From the human T2T-CHM13v2.0 reference genome, Homo sapiens: a stretch of 64,000 nucleotides of DNA. The stretch lies in NCBI RefSeq assembly GCF_009914755.1, contig NC_060941.1; one strand, given 5' to 3'. A program made the translations under genes and the position numbers. Shown here piece by piece: positions 49,258-64,000 of the stretch. The stretch's first letter is position 1. Each line of letters opens with the position of its first letter. Under the pieces are notes generated by a model. That model did no database searches, was not told the DNA's origin, and worked only from the letters and a program-made list of their open reading frames with translations.

Positions 49258-49923
49258 TTAGCAAAACCTTTTGTAGTAATGGGGAACAACAAAGAGAACA
49301 TTGAGCTTTAGGCCACAATATGTTCTTAGAAAGTTAGATGACTAAAATTTGTGTGCTGTGAGATTGCCTTGCAACCTGCAGTTATCCTCTTAGTACTACA
49401 TGGAGTACATGGAAATAAGGTGAGTTGTACCTTGGATTTAATGGTGAGATCTGGACCCCAAAAATGACATAAATATTTTTTTCTTTCTTTCCTTTTTTTT
49501 TTTTTTTCGGCTAAGGTACAACATCAACCTGGTACTGTAGGAGGAGGGATTCACAAGAATTGAAAATTGTTGGGGAAGAGAAGGGGACACGGACATTTTT
49601 GGGTGCCTCCTGTGGGCCAGGTGCTCAACTAGGTGTTTTACAATTCTTTAATCCTCTCAGCAACTTTTTAAGGAGTGTATTGGTAATGAATTGAGCATTC
49701 AAATAGAAGAATTCCCGATTAAAACACCAGTTCACCACTGTTACCTTTATTTGTTCTCTCTGGTAACTAAAATCTTGGCTGTGATAGTCAGTTTAGGACC
49801 ACCCAGTCCAGGTAAATACCCAAAATAATATCTAATCATGTTCTTTAACTTGGGGTTTTATGAGATGAAAACAATGGAAACTACTGGGGTTCTGATAATA
49901 GCCAAGAATAATTTACAGCATAA

Positions 49924-50302
<379 letters not shown>

Positions 50303-50476
50303 GAAAATGCTTCATTTCTAATGTATAACTCTCTGGTTTTTATCTACACACACACGTGTCTACTTTAGGAGAGTTTAATTCTATTTTTGATAGTTAAATT
50401 TTTCTTCTCCATTTTTCCTCAATATTTTATTAAAAATTTCAAATGTACACAAAAGTTGAAAGAATTATACAGTTAC

Positions 50477-53400
<2,924 letters not shown>

Positions 53401-53958
53401 CCGTGTGTTCTGTACACTGTGGTCCTTCTGTATCCCGTGGTCTATAACATGCCATAGTATCACTCTGTCTAAGTTGAAAGAGGGTAGGTGTACTAAGAGA
53501 CTTAGTGACTTTCAGAACAATTAAGGGACTTCAGAAAGAAAGTTGTTTCCAAAAGGGCCTCTGTTTTCTCTTTTTACAGTTGAGGAAATGATGGCCTGGA
53601 GAGGTTAGGTAGCTTGCCCAGAGTCACACAGCTAATCCAAGTCAGATTTGCAGTGGGTTTTGGGTTTCTAGGTTTTGATCACTGCAGTGTGCTGCCCAGA
53701 CTGTGGGTCTATGTCAGCTTGCAGTTTTTGTCATCTGTCACAGATATCCGTGACAGATATCTATATCAAGGCTATATTTTAAAAAGATAGGCTCATTTTA
53801 CTTTTTTTAAAAAGTAGAGCCCATAATTAGCATGTATTATCTAGAGGTGAAGGTACACCAAATTGATTGAATTCTGTAAACACAATTTTGTTTGTAATCT
53901 TGATTTTTATTTCATAGGTCTAATGCTTTAAAAATACTTAATTTTTCCTCTTTAATAG

Positions 53959-53973
53959 CTTGTATTGAAACTC
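53959..53973 (+). CDS. BPTF: Candidate 15-nt in-frame microexon between exons 3 and 4
   Basis: TTTTTCCTCTTTAATAG|CTTGTATTGAAACTC|GTAAGT; frame-preserving, no stop. Confidence 0.5.
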
Positions 53974-54048
53974 GTAAGTGACATTTGTGGTACTGTTCTA
54001 TTTGGTTATATATAGGAATAATTTTTTTGTTTGTTTTACACATTATAG

Positions 54049-54252
54049 AAGAAATTTTGGAATCCATAAGAGCCAAAAAGGGAGACATTGATAATGTTAA
54101 AAGCCCAGAAGAAACAGAAAAAGACAAGAATGAGACTGAGAATGACTCTAAAGATGCTGAGAAAAACAGAGAAGAATTTGAAGACCAGTCCCTTGAAAAA
54201 GACAGTGACGACAAAACACCAGATGATGACCCTGAGCAAGGAAAATCTGAGG
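54049..54252 (+). CDS. BPTF: BPTF coding exon 4 (204 nt): EEILESIRAKKGDIDNVKSPEETEKDKNETENDSKDAEKNREEFEDQSLEKDSDDKTPDDDPEQGKSE
   Basis: Acceptor TTTTACACATTATAG at 54048, donor AGG|GTAAAA at 54253, phase 1-1. Confidence 0.95.
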
Positions 54253-54787
54253 GTAAAAAAATTACTTGATTAAAAAGAAATATTTCATTAGTGTTATTTA
54301 TGAAATCTCCAGTTTTACTTGCAAAATGAAAGTGAAATATTGCAAGCAGCTACCTAATTTAATATTTCTAAAGAGATCAGGATACCGTCCCCTCTTATAA
54401 CGTGTGTAACAATTGTAATGAGTTTTATGTATTAGTGAATTTGCTATAATGTTATATTCATGTCTCTATTTATACTTCCCATTAAGTTGCCATTTCCCTA
54501 TGAAAAAGAACTATTCTTTAATATTATACCAGAGTATACACTTTTGTATGTGATAAAATGTTCATTTTTATATTAATTACTTAAGCATTCTTAATATATT
54601 ATTAAATATTCTTAAATACTCTCTGAATTACCTATTGCAGCAATATCCGAGAATCTACTTGCTTTAAAATGGCCGTTCAATGGAAGCAGGTTTTTTGTGA
54701 TTATTTAGTAGTTGACTGAATGTGGCCATTTGCCCTGAAGCAATTTTAAAGAATATCTTTGAAGTTTTGTTGTGCATTTTGCTGTAG

Positions 54788-54976
54788 AGCCAACAGAAGT
54801 TGGGGATAAAGGTAACTCTGTGTCAGCAAATCTTGGCGACAACACAACAAATGCAACTTCAGAAGAGACTAGTCCCTCTGAAGGGAGGAGCCCTGTGGGG
54901 TGTCTCTCAGAAACCCCCGATAGCAGCAACATGGCAGAGAAGAAGGTGGCATCTGAGCTCCCCCAGGATGTGCCAG
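54788..54976 (+). CDS. BPTF: BPTF symmetric 189-nt (63 aa) cassette exon EPTEVGDKGNSVSANLGDNTT...ELPQDVP
   Basis: Acceptor TTTTGCTGTAG at 54787, weak donor CAG|GTACAG at 54977. Phase 1-1 and length divisible by 3, consistent with known BPTF isoforms differing in this region. Confidence 0.9.
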
Positions 54977-55755
54977 GTACAGAGGGCAGCGTATCAATGC
55001 CTCTGTAATGGGGGGAATCCTTCCCTTTTGTAGTAAAAGCCGAATGTCACCTAAAACCTTAAACTATGTGTTCATTCATGCTGCTTGCTTACAGTGCCAT
55101 CCCCATTTGCTAAATTGTCACCTAACATTTGGAGTTTGATAAATGTCCTCGCAGTTAGTGCTTGAAACTCATCATAATTTTCATGCTTCTTAAACTTCAT
55201 TTAGCTGTTTTTGTTTAATAGATTTATTTTTATATTTTATCACCAGACCATAGTGGCAGATATTTTGGTTTTAATTACTTATGTACTAATGGCTCAATGT
55301 TGAATGATCTGACCTTTCCAGTTCTGTAGATACTAACAAATTAATTTTATGTTTGCATGTGCTCGTGTAATATTTATAGCATTTCAAACCGTAGTATTAT
55401 GGTAGAAAATCATTATCACAGAACATTGTTGTCAGATGTATTTTGACATAAAAATGTAAGTTGACCAGTAATTCACATTTTCAGTTTTTAAAATTAAAGT
55501 TATACTCCAAGTAAGTTATAGCACACCAAGAGTGTCCTGTTGCATAACATGAAGGATTTTGACAACCTGCAGTTCTTATGGGGACGACTTCCATTTGAGT
55601 ACTGGTCAGCAGTGAGCTGTGTTGCTGAAAACACCAGTTTAACAGGGCGCTACAGATAGGGATGTAAGTGTAAGCTCCAGAAGAACCACAGCAATCAGCA
55701 GTAAGTCCACCTTACTTTATACTGATGAGAGATTGATCATTAAGATCAAGAACAG

Positions 55756-60169
<4,414 letters not shown>

Positions 60170-60170
<1 letters not shown>

Positions 60171-60175
60171 TGTAT

Positions 60176-60208
<33 letters not shown>

Positions 60209-60231
60209 GTATATATATTACATATATATAT
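60170..60231. repeat. (TA)n(CA)n(TA)n compound dinucleotide repeat
   Basis: Direct reading. Confidence 0.92.
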
Positions 60232-60718
60232 TTCAGGCTTTACTTTGAAATAAAATCTTGTCAGAATACTGTCATTTTCATATAATTTGGTAGAAGTTAT
60301 GTGAAGGAGAAAATGACAAAATTGTAGTATAAAAAATGATAGGAGTGAGAACATAAGAAAATTGGGCAGATTTCATGATACCCATTATATTGAGTATTAT
60401 CAGTGATCAGAAACATTTTGTGTGGCTCAGATTAAAGATTAAACTGAAAAAGTTGGGCAATATTTGGGGAAAGATTGCTACTATCACTTTTAAAAGTTAA
60501 AAAGTTAATCTCTTAATACCTATTCAGTTTCAACTGTCTTTGGCAAGAATACTTTATAAAGAATGTGCTGGTTAATTGATATTGTATCCCATCAAAAGGC
60601 TCATGGTATATGGTTTTTGTACCTTCAGAGATGCCTAGATTGATCAACGAGTTTAGGTGGTGAGATTGCAAGATTCTCTGTTAACCTCTCACTCATTAAT
60701 AATCTTTCCATAATCAAG

Positions 60719-63945
<3,227 letters not shown>

Positions 63946-64000
63946 TAGGCATTTTCTTTGTTTCTGGGTCTTTTGCCATTTTAAATACTCCAATGAATAG

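Overview
Primate (almost certainly human) genomic DNA containing the 5' end of BPTF (FAC1/FALZ, the large subunit of the NURF chromatin remodeller) on the + strand. It has a CpG-island promoter (~4050-5570) and five coding exons with consistent splice phases: 4955-5567, 33171-33993, 45695-45918, 54049-54252 and the symmetric 189-nt cassette 54788-54976. The gene continues past the window end. The rest is Alu-dense intron/upstream DNA with old L1M, L2, MIR, DNA-transposon and MaLR fragments, one ERV solo LTR and one very young AluY. Nearly all ORFs in the supplied track are Alu or GC-rich artefacts. I see no new multi-gene system. The most interesting unexplained structures are: (1) a diverged ~2.6-kb palindrome just upstream of the promoter, datable by shared versus arm-specific Alus; (2) a candidate 15-nt in-frame microexon at 53959-53973 with a competing poison acceptor, plus a possible 24-nt short form of the cassette exon; (3) an apparent ~1-kb inversion inside an old L1 whose junctions are filled with templated AT-rich palindromic copies; (4) a layered translation-start architecture (YY1-embedded uORF, GTG extension, Arg-rich alternative ORF, strong Met140); (5) a cluster of AG|GT ratchet-like sites before exon 2. 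Repeat boundaries and subfamily names are by eye and approximate.
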